Positions 49,632-59,926 of a stretch of 64,000 nt of DNA are shown here, one piece after another (position 1 is the stretch's first letter; each line of letters starts with the position of its first letter). Both the position numbers and the translations under genes were made by a program. The DNA is from Candidatus Bathyarchaeota archaeon. Its GTDB lineage: Archaea > Thermoproteota > Bathyarchaeia > Bathyarchaeales > Bathycorpusculaceae. The notes beneath the pieces were generated by a model. That model saw nothing but the letters and a program-made list of their open reading frames with translations. It made no database searches and was not told where the DNA came from. Where the stretch lies: NCBI GenBank assembly GCA_963832745.1, contig CAWHVC010000002.1, forward strand, positions 352,001-416,000. Reading direction: 5' to 3'.

Positions 49632-50395
49632 AGGCACAAATTGAGTAAAGCTTCAAAACTGTTTCTGGAACGGTCTTTCTTATAACGCCGAAGTGCATCA
49701 ATGATTGCATAACGGTCTTTTTCGCCAAGAACTTCCCAGACCAATCGAGGCACGACACTGTTGCCGGCAAAAAGGTACTGGCATACCGCGGTAACGTTTG
49801 ATGCTTTACGCTGGATGCTGGCGGTTTCAAAATCAACAATAAACGGTGCGCCCGACTTATCCATAAGAAGATGCCTAGGGGCCTTGCTGAGTTCACCATG
49901 GTCTAAGCCTGCCTCGTCAAGCCGCCAACACTGTTCCAAAATGTTCCCCAAAACCCTGCAGAACTCCAGTTTTTCTTTGTGAGCTTCAAGCCAGTTTGCC
50001 AGCAAGTCGCCGTCAATAAGTTGGGAAAGCAAAAAATTTTTGGTGACAGCCTTGAATTTAGGTCCGACTCCTTCGGTGTTGGCTTTTTGCAGCATTTCTG
50101 CTTCATGGAAAAGGTCCACCCGGTCAGCATCAAGCCTACGCATCTTTAACGCGTACCGCTCGCCGCCAACATAAGCAACAACAACTATGCCCACATAGCC
50201 TTTGCCTAAAATAGAGGTTTTACCGATGGCTGTTGTGCCTGTGAATTCTAAGGTGTCAACGCCTAAACCCCTTAGTTCGTTAAGTCTTTTTTGTAGTTCC
50301 TGTTGTGATGGTTTTGGGTAACAGATTATGTTTGGGTAAGGTGGTTGTTTTAAATTTTCAATGCTGATAATTTGTGTTTTATTGGATTCAGGCAT
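49628..50395 (-). CDS. Atypical Ser/Thr protein kinase (RIO/Bud32-like)
   Basis: LGKGYVGIV, ALKMRR, DHGELS, IVDFETAS. Confidence 0.88.
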   Translation of the reverse strand: MPESNKTQIISIENLKQPPYPNIICYPKPSQQELQKRLNELRGLGVDTLEFTGTTAIGKTSILGKGYVGIVVVAYVGGERYALKMRRLDADRVDLFHEAEMLQKANTEGVGPKFKAVTKNFLLSQLIDGDLLANWLEAHKEKLEFCRVLGNILEQCWRLDEAGLDHGELSKAPRHLLMDKSGAPFIVDFETASIQRKASNVTAVCQYLFAGNSVVPRLVWEVLGEKDRYAIIDALRRYKKDRSRNSFEALLNLCL

Positions 50396-50432
50396 CTCTG
50401 GGTTATGGATCCTTTATGATGATTTTACGAGA

Positions 50433-50667
50433 CTACTCTTTTTTGTCTGCATATTTAAGGTATCGCCACATAATGAAACCGAAGAATGACAGTGCGAAGC
50501 TAATCATCATATACGTCTAGCGTGAGCCAATCTAAATACTTGTCAACATGCCAGTCTCCATACTACGTTTTTGTAACATGAATCGATAGTACGCCATACG
50601 CCACAATTATTAACCCGTAAATAACCAATGCTTCAGAGACAGCCATAAGTAACTTATTTGTTCTCAT
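50433..50667 (-). pseudogene. Disrupted small membrane protein (in-frame TAG plus frameshift)
   Basis: MRTNKLLMAVSEAL...VTKT*YGDWHVDKYLDWLTLDV then MMISFALSFFGFIMWRYLK in another frame. Confidence 0.55.
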
Positions 50668-50828
50668 TTTTCCAATCCCTCGAAGGCTCTTCTTTTTAGC
50701 GCTGAGCGGATATTTGCACATATGGTGCTGGCGTTTATGAAAATTGCCAAGAAAATTGGTTGTGTGTCCAAAAATTACGTCTGCACACAATTATTGCTTT
50801 TTAGCTTCAAGCTTCTGTGTGAACGTAT

Positions 50829-51512
50829 TTGCCGTTTGACCCTGAAGCTGTTTCACGTTTCAAAGGCATAACTGTTGCCCTTTTAGGAATCGTAGCGGCT
50901 GCGCTGGGTATTTGGCTTGTCGGCTTGTTCGGTGACTACTTCAAAATCAATTCCATCTTTACACCTGTCGTGCTTACAAACGCTTTAGGAATAGACCTGT
51001 TAGGGGCAATAGTTCCAATCGCGGCTGCAATAGTAGCTTTGCTGGTGTTCCTCAAAACGGCAAAATCTCCCCTCAAAAAGCTCGCCATAACTTTTTCTGC
51101 ATCCGTGGCTTTGGCGTTTCTTCTCTGTCATGAAACTCCTGATGGCATAGCCGGTTACCCATTACTGTTCGCTTTAGCCTCAAGCATTGCTGCAGCAGTG
51201 GTGAATTTGTATCCTAAACCCTTTGTTGACTTACAAAAAAACTTCTCGTCCACATTAATGCTAACGCTGACTTGCGTGCCGCTGTCACTGTCTACTGTTG
51301 ATTTAGCCTACTCACCCAGCTTCTATGGCGCTGTCATCGGCGGCAACGGCTTAACCGATGGTTTACTGATATCAACATTGTATGCTCCTTTCGCGATGAC
51401 TGGTGTTTTCTGTGCTTTATCGTATGCGTCTCAAATGGTTTTGCTAATTAAAAAGTCCCGTGCTGCAAGCAAGATAGAGTCGTTAGCTAAAACTGGTGTT
51501 GTTACCCCTTAA
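50829..51512 (+). CDS. DUF1614-like membrane protein
   Basis: GIDLLGAIVP and IGGNGLTDGLL motifs; multi-TM. Confidence 0.7.
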   Translation: MPFDPEAVSRFKGITVALLGIVAAALGIWLVGLFGDYFKINSIFTPVVLTNALGIDLLGAIVPIAAAIVALLVFLKTAKSPLKKLAITFSASVALAFLLCHETPDGIAGYPLLFALASSIAAAVVNLYPKPFVDLQKNFSSTLMLTLTCVPLSLSTVDLAYSPSFYGAVIGGNGLTDGLLISTLYAPFAMTGVFCALSYASQMVLLIKKSRAASKIESLAKTGVVTP

Positions 51513-51593
51513 AATAGTCCATCGTTCGTTAAAGTTGATTAAAAAGAATAATAGGCACATTACTTCAACTATGCCTGTTTTACGGGTTTAGAA

Positions 51594-53714
51594 ATGCCGC
51601 GGTTTAGACAAGTCACACAAATCCTTGAGTTAATGAGCGATAAGCAGGCAATTCGAAACATCGGAATAATCGCTCATATTGACCACGGCAAAACCACTCT
51701 GGCAGATTCACTGCTGGCTGGAGTAGGCTTGCTCTCTCCCATGATGGCTGGCACCGCGCGGGTGCTGGATTACTTAGACGAAGAGCAGAAACGAAAAATC
51801 ACAATTAAAACCGCCAATATCAGCCTCTTCTACAAAACACTCAACGGCAACTTCATTATCAACCTGGTTGATACTCCAGGGCACGTAGATTTTACCGGAA
51901 AAGTCACAAGGGCACTCCGAGCCATCGACGGAGCCGTGGTCGTGGTGGATGCTGTGGAGGAAATTATGGCTCAAACCGAAATCGTTATCCGGCAAGCCCT
52001 TGAAGAACGCGTCCGCCCAGCCCTATTCATCAACAAAGTTGACCGCTTAATTACTGAATTGCAGCTTAACGCTGAACAGATCCAAAAAAAACTTGACCAC
52101 CTCATCGGCAACTTCAACGACCTCATTGAAGTCTATGGCGAAGCACCATACAAGGACCAATGGAAAGTCAGCCCACAAGCGGGCAATGTGGCTTTCGGAG
52201 CGGCACTGCACGGCTGGGGCTTCACACTTGATATAGCCAAACAAAAAGGCGTAAAATTCCAGGACATAATCACCGCTTATCAGCAGCATGACTTTGAGGT
52301 ACTTAAGAAGACACTTCCTGTTCACAAAGCCGTTTTTGAAATGACCACAAAAATTTTGCCTAACCCGCGTGAAGCTCAAGCTTACCGTGTCAGAACCATT
52401 TGGGGTGGACCTGTGGATTCAATTGTGGGACGAGCGTTGACTGAATGTCGAGATGATGGCCCCGTAGTCATGTGCATAACCAATATAGCGGCAACCCAAG
52501 ACGGCGGTTGCACAGCGACTGGCAGAATTTTTTCTGGCAAACTCAAGAAGGGCGACCGAGTCCATCTTGTTGATGCTTTGACGGAGGCGGAGGTAGGCGG
52601 CGTTTATGTTGATATGGGTTCATTCCAAGAAGAAGTCTCCGAGGTTTCAGCAGGCAATTTAGCCACCGTTCTGTTGCCTGTAATGGTGAAGGCTGGAGAA
52701 ACACTGGTTGATTCCGCGCACAAGGAAGGTATGATTCCTTTTGAAGGTGTCAATTACGTTTCTGAACCTGTCATGACTATCGCTGTTGAACCCAAAACTC
52801 CTCAGGAAATTCCAGCGTTGCTTACGGCGCTTGAAAAGATGTCTTCTGAAGACCCTAATCTGCATGTAACTACCGACAGGGTAACTGGCGAGTACCTGTT
52901 AAGCGGTATGGGCGAGCTGCACTTGGAGATTGCGACCAATCAGTTGAAGCGTGATTTCGGTTTGGAGATTGAAGTTTCTCCACCGAGGGTTGTTTACATG
53001 GAAAGCGTTACCCAACGCGGCGTTGTTGCCTACGCGAAAAGCCCAAACAAACAGAACAGTTTTAGTGTTCAGGTTGAGCCTGAAAATGAAAACCAGAAGA
53101 TGGCTTCTGAAGAAATGGATAAACTTTTGTATTTTGATGAGAACGGTAACGCGTTTGTGGATTGCAGCAAAAAAACAGACACTATTTCTAGTGGGGTTTT
53201 GGAGTCACTAATAGGCGGGTTTGAATACGCCTGTAAAGCTGGACCCCTTTGCGGTGAACCTACACGTTACGTAAAGGTTAAGCTTATTGACATGCAACTT
53301 AGCGGAAACCAAGACAGCAAAAACGAAGTAATGCATGGCGTAGGTAAGGCCATTTTCGCATCATTTTTAACCGCTAAACCTGTTCTGCTTGAACCCATCT
53401 ACGCCACAACCGTTTCAGTATCGTCCGAGCTTTCAGGGGAATGCTCAAGAATCCTAACAACCAGACGCGGCAAAGTCAAAAACTTTGAACAAAAAGGCTT
53501 ACTCACCGCAATCAAAGGCTTCATCCCCGTCGCCGAAACCTTCGGCTTCTCCAAAGAACTTCGCTCCGCCACCTCGGGTAGGGCAATTTGGCAATCCATC
53601 TTTGACCACTGGGAAAAACTACCTGAAAGACTTGGAATTCAAACTATAACTGAACTGCGAAAACGTAAAGGCTTGGCATCTGATGTGCCTAAACCTGAAA
53701 AATTCATGGAGTAA
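51594..53714 (+). CDS. Elongation factor 2 paralog (aEF-2p-like) lacking the diphthamide loop
   Basis: AHIDHGKTT, DTPGHVDF, NKVD, GMGELHLE, GPLCGEP, LRSATSGRA; no H..HRG..Q motif in domain IV. Confidence 0.88.
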   Translation: MPRFRQVTQILELMSDKQAIRNIGIIAHIDHGKTTLADSLLAGVGLLSPMMAGTARVLDYLDEEQKRKITIKTANISLFYKTLNGNFIINLVDTPGHVDFTGKVTRALRAIDGAVVVVDAVEEIMAQTEIVIRQALEERVRPALFINKVDRLITELQLNAEQIQKKLDHLIGNFNDLIEVYGEAPYKDQWKVSPQAGNVAFGAALHGWGFTLDIAKQKGVKFQDIITAYQQHDFEVLKKTLPVHKAVFEMTTKILPNPREAQAYRVRTIWGGPVDSIVGRALTECRDDGPVVMCITNIAATQDGGCTATGRIFSGKLKKGDRVHLVDALTEAEVGGVYVDMGSFQEEVSEVSAGNLATVLLPVMVKAGETLVDSAHKEGMIPFEGVNYVSEPVMTIAVEPKTPQEIPALLTALEKMSSEDPNLHVTTDRVTGEYLLSGMGELHLEIATNQLKRDFGLEIEVSPPRVVYMESVTQRGVVAYAKSPNKQNSFSVQVEPENENQKMASEEMDKLLYFDENGNAFVDCSKKTDTISSGVLESLIGGFEYACKAGPLCGEPTRYVKVKLIDMQLSGNQDSKNEVMHGVGKAIFASFLTAKPVLLEPIYATTVSVSSELSGECSRILTTRRGKVKNFEQKGLLTAIKGFIPVAETFGFSKELRSATSGRAIWQSIFDHWEKLPERLGIQTITELRKRKGLASDVPKPEKFME

Positions 53715-53722
53715 CCCTGAAA

Positions 53723-54595
53723 ATGAAGCTTGAACTTGATATAGCGTTTGATTTGGATTTTTCACTTTGTTGCGGTCAAGTGTTTCGTTGCAAAAAGGTT
53801 GGCGGCTGGTGGTACGGCGTTTCAGGTGACAAGATTTTCAAAATCCGCCAAAGTGATAACAGCTTGGAGTTTGACGGCGTAGATGAGGGTTTTGTTAAGT
53901 CATTTTTTGGTTTGAATGACGATTTAGCCCAGATAACCCAGTGTGTTAACAAAGACCCCTACATCGCGGCTGCCCTAAAACGGTTTGAAGGTTTGCGGCT
54001 TGTCCGCCAAAACCCTTGGGAATGCCTAATCAGCTTCATCTGCGCCACCTACAAAAGCATAGCAGCCATCGAACAAATGCTCTCAAAAATCTCACAAAAA
54101 TTTGGTGAAAAACGCTGTTTTGATGGTCAAGATTTTTGGCTGTTTCCTTCAATAGAGGGGTTGGCAGTGGCAAGTGTGCACGGTTTAGAAGAGTGCGGTT
54201 TGGGTTATAGGGCTAAGTACGTGCAGGCAACGGCGCAGAGAATTCGTGACGAAAACATCGATTTAGAGAGTTTCAAGTTGTTGCCGTATGCTGAGGCGAA
54301 GAAGCGGCTTTTCGAGTTTTCAGGCGTCGGCTTAAAAGTTGCGGATTGTGTGCTTCTGTTTTCGCTCGAGAAGATGGAGGCTTTTCCTGTGGACGTTTGG
54401 GTTAAACGCATTCTGCTAAACCACTATGCAGACCAACTGCCACAAGATTTAGTCCAAAGGCTCCAAAGCCACGACTCATTAAGCAACGGCGAATACGAGA
54501 AACTGAACGCTTTTGGACGGAGCTATTTTGGTGCATATGCGGGATACGCTCAAGAGTACCTTTATCATTATGAGCGGTCACAGAAATTTAAGTGA
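53723..54595 (+). CDS. 8-oxoguanine DNA glycosylase (OGG1/HhH-GPD type)
   Basis: CGQVFR, RQNPWECLISFIC, GLGYRAKY, GVGLKVADC, FPVDVW, AGYAQEYL. Confidence 0.92.
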   Translation: MKLELDIAFDLDFSLCCGQVFRCKKVGGWWYGVSGDKIFKIRQSDNSLEFDGVDEGFVKSFFGLNDDLAQITQCVNKDPYIAAALKRFEGLRLVRQNPWECLISFICATYKSIAAIEQMLSKISQKFGEKRCFDGQDFWLFPSIEGLAVASVHGLEECGLGYRAKYVQATAQRIRDENIDLESFKLLPYAEAKKRLFEFSGVGLKVADCVLLFSLEKMEAFPVDVWVKRILLNHYADQLPQDLVQRLQSHDSLSNGEYEKLNAFGRSYFGAYAGYAQEYLYHYERSQKFK

Positions 54596-55922
54596 GCTTT
54601 TTACTGTTTTTGTAAATCCAAACTAAAATAACTGCTACAATGCAAATCACAATTATTACGATAATTAAAGTGTAAGGGGGCGTTGGGGTTTGGGTGTTTG
54701 GGTTTGTTTGTTGTTCTTCAATTTTGGGGGTTTCAAGATTAAGCGGGTCTATTAGTGGATGTTGGTCAATGTTGTTTTCGTTAATGTAGAATGGTGTATT
54801 CCAAACACCTCCGTTTTCAGTAGCATTGGGGTACCTTGTTTGGTAACCGCTCCAATAGTTACCTACAGAAGCATTGTTCCATGTACTATGCCGTCCACAA
54901 AGCATTTCCACGTAGATTTTCCCCTCTTGATTATGACCCGTATGCATGTACATTGGCATTGAAACTTGCAAGCCTTTGTCTAAGTTGTTATCGATGAAAT
55001 TGTTTGCGTAGATTTGGTTTTCTGTTTGGGATCCGTTGAGCCTTATGCCCCATTGATTATTTCTTAAGAATTGGTTGTACGTGATTGTGTTGGAGGCGGA
55101 TGCCTCGACGAGAATGCCCATTTCGTTTTCTGAAATAGTGTTGGCATGCAACGCGTTGTTTGATGCCCCTCCAAGAATTAATCCGCAAACTTTGTTTTGA
55201 GTTACATAGTTTGATGTAACTGTGTTTGCTTGGCAATCCTTAAGCAGGATACCTTCATTGTTGCTGTTAACCTGATTTTCTTTAATTAAATTTCCCTCTG
55301 TAGATTTGTCTGAATAACTTTCAAGTTGCATTCCTATGCTGTTGTCGAACACTATATTTTTCACGATTTTATTATTTTCCGAGTAATGAACAAGAATTCC
55401 AATGCTATTGTTGTAGACTGTGCAGTTGGTTACAGTGTTATCCGTTGATTCAGGATATGGACTTGATGGTGCATCTGGTTCAGCTTGTTGAGCAGGGTCA
55501 ACATAAAGTAAGCGTTTAACCGTAACTCCCCAATAGTAACCGTTAACCTGAACATTTTTCACGGTCACATTTTTGGTGCAGTTAAGGGTTAAACCCGTTT
55601 CATAGCCTGATTCAGTGCTTTTCAACATGTAGCCTGCACCATCAAAAACCGCGTCGTTACAAAGAATCCAAATTGGTTGACCCTCAATGTTGCCAGTTAA
55701 CGTGTAAACGTTCCCTTCTCGCCGAATTGGCGCCGATGCTGGATTGACTGTCCCGTTAACTTCTATGTAGATGTGTGTGGGGTCACGTGGCGGTTGATAA
55801 TTTGGGCCATAAGGATTTGCGTTAACTTCATTCACCAAATTCACGTTTATGGCTAAAGCTATCAATAAAACCGCAAAAAATAACGATGAGAAAACATTTT
55901 GTTTCTTTCTTGTTTGCATCAA
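54588..55922 (-). CDS. Secreted parallel beta-helix (NosD/CASH) surface protein
   Basis: Signal peptide, N-x-I-x-x-N repeats, GNYWS, DQHPL, C-terminal TM. Confidence 0.88.
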   Translation of the reverse strand: MMQTRKKQNVFSSLFFAVLLIALAINVNLVNEVNANPYGPNYQPPRDPTHIYIEVNGTVNPASAPIRREGNVYTLTGNIEGQPIWILCNDAVFDGAGYMLKSTESGYETGLTLNCTKNVTVKNVQVNGYYWGVTVKRLLYVDPAQQAEPDAPSSPYPESTDNTVTNCTVYNNSIGILVHYSENNKIVKNIVFDNSIGMQLESYSDKSTEGNLIKENQVNSNNEGILLKDCQANTVTSNYVTQNKVCGLILGGASNNALHANTISENEMGILVEASASNTITYNQFLRNNQWGIRLNGSQTENQIYANNFIDNNLDKGLQVSMPMYMHTGHNQEGKIYVEMLCGRHSTWNNASVGNYWSGYQTRYPNATENGGVWNTPFYINENNIDQHPLIDPLNLETPKIEEQQTNPNTQTPTPPYTLIIVIIVICIVAVILVWIYKNSKKLT

Positions 55923-55961
55923 TTATGTTTTAGGGATTTATTGTTACTTAATATTTTGCTT

Positions 55962-56420
55962 TTACTTGTTGTTCAGTCTTTGTTTGTATTTTTCGTAATC
56001 CGTCAGCATTCGCGGGTACTCTTGGCACATTAGTGATGATGAAATTAGGAAGTCTGCTGAGGCGCGGTTGCTGGCTGTTGGAATATTCCAAACCACTGCC
56101 ATGCGTAGTAGGGCTTTGACGTCTGGGTCATGCGGCAACTGGGCTAAGGGGTCCCAGAAGAATATTAGAAAATCAATTTTGCCCTCAGAGATGCGTGCGC
56201 CGATTTGCATGTCTCCGCCTAAGGGTCCACTCTCAAGGATTGTTATGTCTAAGCCTAACTCTTTCTGCAGGATGGTGCCTGTTGTGCCTGTTGCGTATAG
56301 CTCGTGTTGGCGTAGTGTGCAGATGTTGAATTTTGCCCATTCTAGCATGTCGTCTTTTTTGTGGTCGTGGGCGACGAGTGCAATTTTTTTTCTGGGGTAT
56401 AACATTGCAATTTTTGTCAT
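55962..56420 (-). CDS. mgsA: Methylglyoxal synthase
   Basis: [36 protein letters not shown]. Confidence 0.96.
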   Translation of the reverse strand: MTKIAMLYPRKKIALVAHDHKKDDMLEWAKFNICTLRQHELYATGTTGTILQKELGLDITILESGPLGGDMQIGARISEGKIDFLIFFWDPLAQLPHDPDVKALLRMAVVWNIPTASNRASADFLISSSLMCQEYPRMLTDYEKYKQRLNNK

Positions 56421-56573
56421 TTCTTGAGGGCCTCTATTCTTGTATAAGTCCAGTTTGGTTTTTTTGGTTATTAAATTGTTTCTATCAAAAATACTGAGTT
56501 TGAATAGTTGCTTTTGGGAATAAATTTATTTATGTTGTCGTGAGATACAATAAATCAAGAGGTAACTGACTGT

Positions 56574-57203
56574 TTGGGTGCACTGAAAAGCTTAGGTCAA
56601 GGCTTTCTTATGGCTACTGCTCTACTCTGGATGTACAACATAGCAGAGTTAACCAGAACCGGCAACGGCGCAATCGGCCTACTATATCTACTAATAATGT
56701 TAATCCCCATCATCAGCATCCTACGCCTCCGCATCAAGAAACCCTACACAACCATAACCGGCGACTCCACAAGCAAATGGCGGGAAATCATATTCTCATT
56801 CCAAGGCATCGCCTTATCATGTTGGAGCTTTGACCTACTCACCACTTACTATGCCATAAACGTAACCGGTTTAGCGATAGAAATCAATCCGCTTGGCTGG
56901 CCTCTCGGAATTCTTGGAGCGTTGGTCTATTATGGTCCAACCCTCTTGTTATCCTACTTTTTGCTGTTCAAAATCAAGGAAAAAATTTCATTGTATGCTG
57001 CTTTGCCGATGACTGCAGTTATGCTCATGATGGGTTCCATGAACCTATTTGCTGGTGCAGAGAACTTTAAAATCTTCGTTTACACCGTCACGATAAACCC
57101 TGCAATCTATTATGGGTTGCTGGCTATGATTGTTGTTGCGAATTTGACGGTGCAGTTGGCTTTAAAGCGTATGGTTGCCACTCCAAAAGTCGCTTTTAAC
57201 TAA
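56574..57203 (+). CDS. Membrane protein with D.LTT...EINP motif (DUF5658-like)
   Basis: FDLLTTYYAI...IEINPLG; ~6 TM. Confidence 0.7.
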   Translation: MGALKSLGQGFLMATALLWMYNIAELTRTGNGAIGLLYLLIMLIPIISILRLRIKKPYTTITGDSTSKWREIIFSFQGIALSCWSFDLLTTYYAINVTGLAIEINPLGWPLGILGALVYYGPTLLLSYFLLFKIKEKISLYAALPMTAVMLMMGSMNLFAGAENFKIFVYTVTINPAIYYGLLAMIVVANLTVQLALKRMVATPKVAFN

Positions 57204-57211
57204 CCATTATG

Positions 57212-57349
57212 TTAGTCTTCGGGTGGTTCTCTTGTTTTTGCAAGCTCTGTCTTAGGCATATGTCTCAAAATCTTTTCCTGATCAACCATTGTAATGTCAT
57301 CTTTTTCTGCTTCATGTCTCTCTTTATCAGTCATGTTTGATTTTGACAA
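57212..57349 (-). CDS. Possible small charged protein (45 aa)
   Basis: GGAGG SD, TTG start, MSKSNMTDKERHEAEKDDITMVDQEKILRHMPK... Confidence 0.4.
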   Translation of the reverse strand: MSKSNMTDKERHEAEKDDITMVDQEKILRHMPKTELAKTREPPED

Positions 57350-57430
57350 AAATTTGCCTCCAAAAACCTAGAATCAACTTTGGCATCTTAAGGTTTGTAA
57401 CTGGTAAACAGCAACTACAAGCTGCCTTTC

Positions 57431-59110
57431 CTAAATAGGAAGAAAAACCGCGATTTTTGTCCCTTTACCCTCAACACTTTTAACTTCAATTCTGCCCCGA
57501 TGTGCCTCTACAAGTCTTTTGCAAATCGAAAAGCCTATGCCCATGCCTTTGGCTTTAGTAGTAAAGAACGGAGAACCTATCTTTTTGACGATTTCACCAG
57601 ACATGCCAACGCCAGTGTCACTAAACTCAATTTCAACATCTTTTTGACTTTTTTCGCTTGTAATTTTAAGTGTTCCACCATCGGGCATGGCATCTATCGC
57701 ATTTTTTGCGATGTTACTGAAGACCCGTTCTATTTTAGCTGCGTCAACATTTAGTAAGTATTCGTTGTTAGTGTAATTGATTATTTTGATGTTTTTTGGA
57801 GTTGTAAATGTGGTTAATGCTTTTGTTACCAGTTGATATGTGCTGTTTTTTGTTTTTTCAAGTTTTATTTCGCTTGAATATTCCCATAAATCGCTAACAA
57901 TCTTGTTGGAATATTCCACACAATCATCAATTACTCCTAGCAAGCCAACTCCTTTTTCTCCTAATTCCTGCCCATAATTCTTCTGTAAAGCGTAAGTTGC
58001 CCCTTTAATTCCTGTTAACGGGTTACGTAAATCGTGAGCAACCATTCTTGAAACTTCATTCATAGTGTCGAGTTTCTGGTTGACTGAATCTTTTATTGCG
58101 TTTGCAAGGACAGAAACTTCGTCTGTTCCTTTTTTAGGATGCGATTTGGTGTTTGGTTCTGAAAAGGTAGTTTTAACATAGGTTGCAAGGTCTGTTAGTG
58201 GTGTTATGATTTGTTTTTTAAGAATAATTGAAACGGAAAATCCAAATGCTACTGAAAGCACAAGGGCTGCAGCAATGAAAATGTTTCTTGTAGCTATGCC
58301 ATGCTGATAGAACTCTCGAGTTTGGTTAACTTGTAAAACAAACATTGGCGCCTCATTAACGTCATTGATTATGGTGTAGCCTGATACGACTTCAGAAGAG
58401 CTTGCCTCAACCAGAACCGTTTGAGGGTTCAAAGTTAATGCTTCAAAAATTTGTTCTCCGTCTGTCTGATTTTCAAAAACATCGCCAGAGGTAACAGTGA
58501 AATTTAACCCCATAATTTCAGAAAGCATATCTACTTCTTGACTGTCTAAATAGCTGCCAAACAGCATCCCCCCACGCATTGGACCGTCCTTTTGGTTTGT
58601 AACGATTGGCGCAGTGGCTAAAAGCAAAATTTTGTCATCACCAAGAAGAATCATTCCTGACTTCGCATCGTCAACTGTTTGAAAAGTCCAGATTGTTGTG
58701 TCAGCCTGCAACTGAGCTACGGTTTCTTGGCTGCAGTCAGTTGGCTCAGAATAGTTATCGTCATAAACTTTGCAGTAAACCATGTTGCCGCTGTTATCAA
58801 TTGTTGCCACAAGGTTCAGATTAAGATTTTCAAAGGATGTGTCAAGGTTTTCCTTAACGTAGTTTGGGTCATAAGATTGTATAAAACTGTATGTTTCATC
58901 CCATGCTGCATAATCGACAACTTTGTTTTTCATTTGTGAAAGCATAAAATTTAGTGTAGTTAATGCTTGGCAGACGCCTTCTTGGCTTTGTTGGTTTTCA
59001 ATGTCTTCATAGCTTGGCATAATTAGGTAAGACGCTGCTAAGTGAAGTGCGCCAAAAATTATTAGGCATGCAATTGAGATTGAAATTATTGTTTTTGTTC
59101 TAATTTTCAT
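57431..59110 (-). CDS. CHASE4-domain sensor histidine kinase
   Basis: DYAAWDETY (CHASE4), AHDLRNPL H-box, NAIDAM, DTGVG, FFTTK, GMGIG. Confidence 0.93.
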   Translation of the reverse strand: MKIRTKTIISISIACLIIFGALHLAASYLIMPSYEDIENQQSQEGVCQALTTLNFMLSQMKNKVVDYAAWDETYSFIQSYDPNYVKENLDTSFENLNLNLVATIDNSGNMVYCKVYDDNYSEPTDCSQETVAQLQADTTIWTFQTVDDAKSGMILLGDDKILLLATAPIVTNQKDGPMRGGMLFGSYLDSQEVDMLSEIMGLNFTVTSGDVFENQTDGEQIFEALTLNPQTVLVEASSSEVVSGYTIINDVNEAPMFVLQVNQTREFYQHGIATRNIFIAAALVLSVAFGFSVSIILKKQIITPLTDLATYVKTTFSEPNTKSHPKKGTDEVSVLANAIKDSVNQKLDTMNEVSRMVAHDLRNPLTGIKGATYALQKNYGQELGEKGVGLLGVIDDCVEYSNKIVSDLWEYSSEIKLEKTKNSTYQLVTKALTTFTTPKNIKIINYTNNEYLLNVDAAKIERVFSNIAKNAIDAMPDGGTLKITSEKSQKDVEIEFSDTGVGMSGEIVKKIGSPFFTTKAKGMGIGFSICKRLVEAHRGRIEVKSVEGKGTKIAVFLPI

Positions 59111-59349
59111 GGCGCATTTTTCTCAGGGCATAGTTTGGGTACTCTGCTTTTCTTGTTTACTTAAAGCCTGTGTAGTCTAGATATGGCGCCAAAATGATTA
59201 ACAACAAAAGTATCACTAATCTTGTTCAACATCTGTGATAACTAAAAATATCAGAAAAGTACCTGTTTTATTAATTAAAAAACATCAAAAATGTATTAAC
59301 TGCAACATGAGGCAATCTTATTTAAAAATTAGTAAAAAAGTTGCCCTGC

Positions 59350-59829
59350 TTAGGCAAGTTTCTTTGTCATCACGTATGCGTCTTCGCCGTCAGAATAGTA
59401 CCCGTTTATTGTCCTGCTGACTTCAAAACCCAGCTTCTTATAAAGCGAAATAGCTGGCTCATTGGTTACTCTGACTTCTAAGAAGCATTGTTTTGCTTTG
59501 TAGTACTTCATGCCTTCAAGTGCCTTGTTGATGACTGCTTGGGCGACGCCTTTGCGTCTTTCTTGTGGCATAACTGCGATGGAGACAACGTGTCCTTTGC
59601 GTATTAAACCGCCAAGCCCCAAATTGGATAAACCTACTTCAATTCTACACATAATGTAGCCGAGGAGTTTTCCGTTTTCTTCTGCAACAATGAATGTTTC
59701 TGGGAAGCGTTGGTGCAGGTCAATAAAGAAGAAGTCGGTATAGTTTTCGGGGAGGCAAACACGGTTGATTTGCATTACAGCTTGGAGATCGTTTGGGACG
59801 AATTTTCGTAGTATGTAGGTCGGTTCCAT
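59350..59829 (-). CDS. N-terminal acetyltransferase (Ard1/RimI family)
   Basis: CLPENY, GYIMCRIE, GHVVSIAV, LEVRVTN, YYSDGEDA. Confidence 0.93.
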   Translation of the reverse strand: MEPTYILRKFVPNDLQAVMQINRVCLPENYTDFFFIDLHQRFPETFIVAEENGKLLGYIMCRIEVGLSNLGLGGLIRKGHVVSIAVMPQERRKGVAQAVINKALEGMKYYKAKQCFLEVRVTNEPAISLYKKLGFEVSRTINGYYSDGEDAYVMTKKLA

Positions 59830-59926
59830 TTTGTCGCCTTCAATACGAGTTTTTGTAAATGAACTTAAAGGTTGCGCTCTATGCGTTAAATCCTTTATCT
59901 GTCTCAATGTCAAGTCTAAAGAGCTT

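Noticed and set aside
50563-50565. In-frame TAG as pyrrolysine recoding
   Set aside because: Not a methylamine methyltransferase, no pyl genes seen, and a second lesion follows
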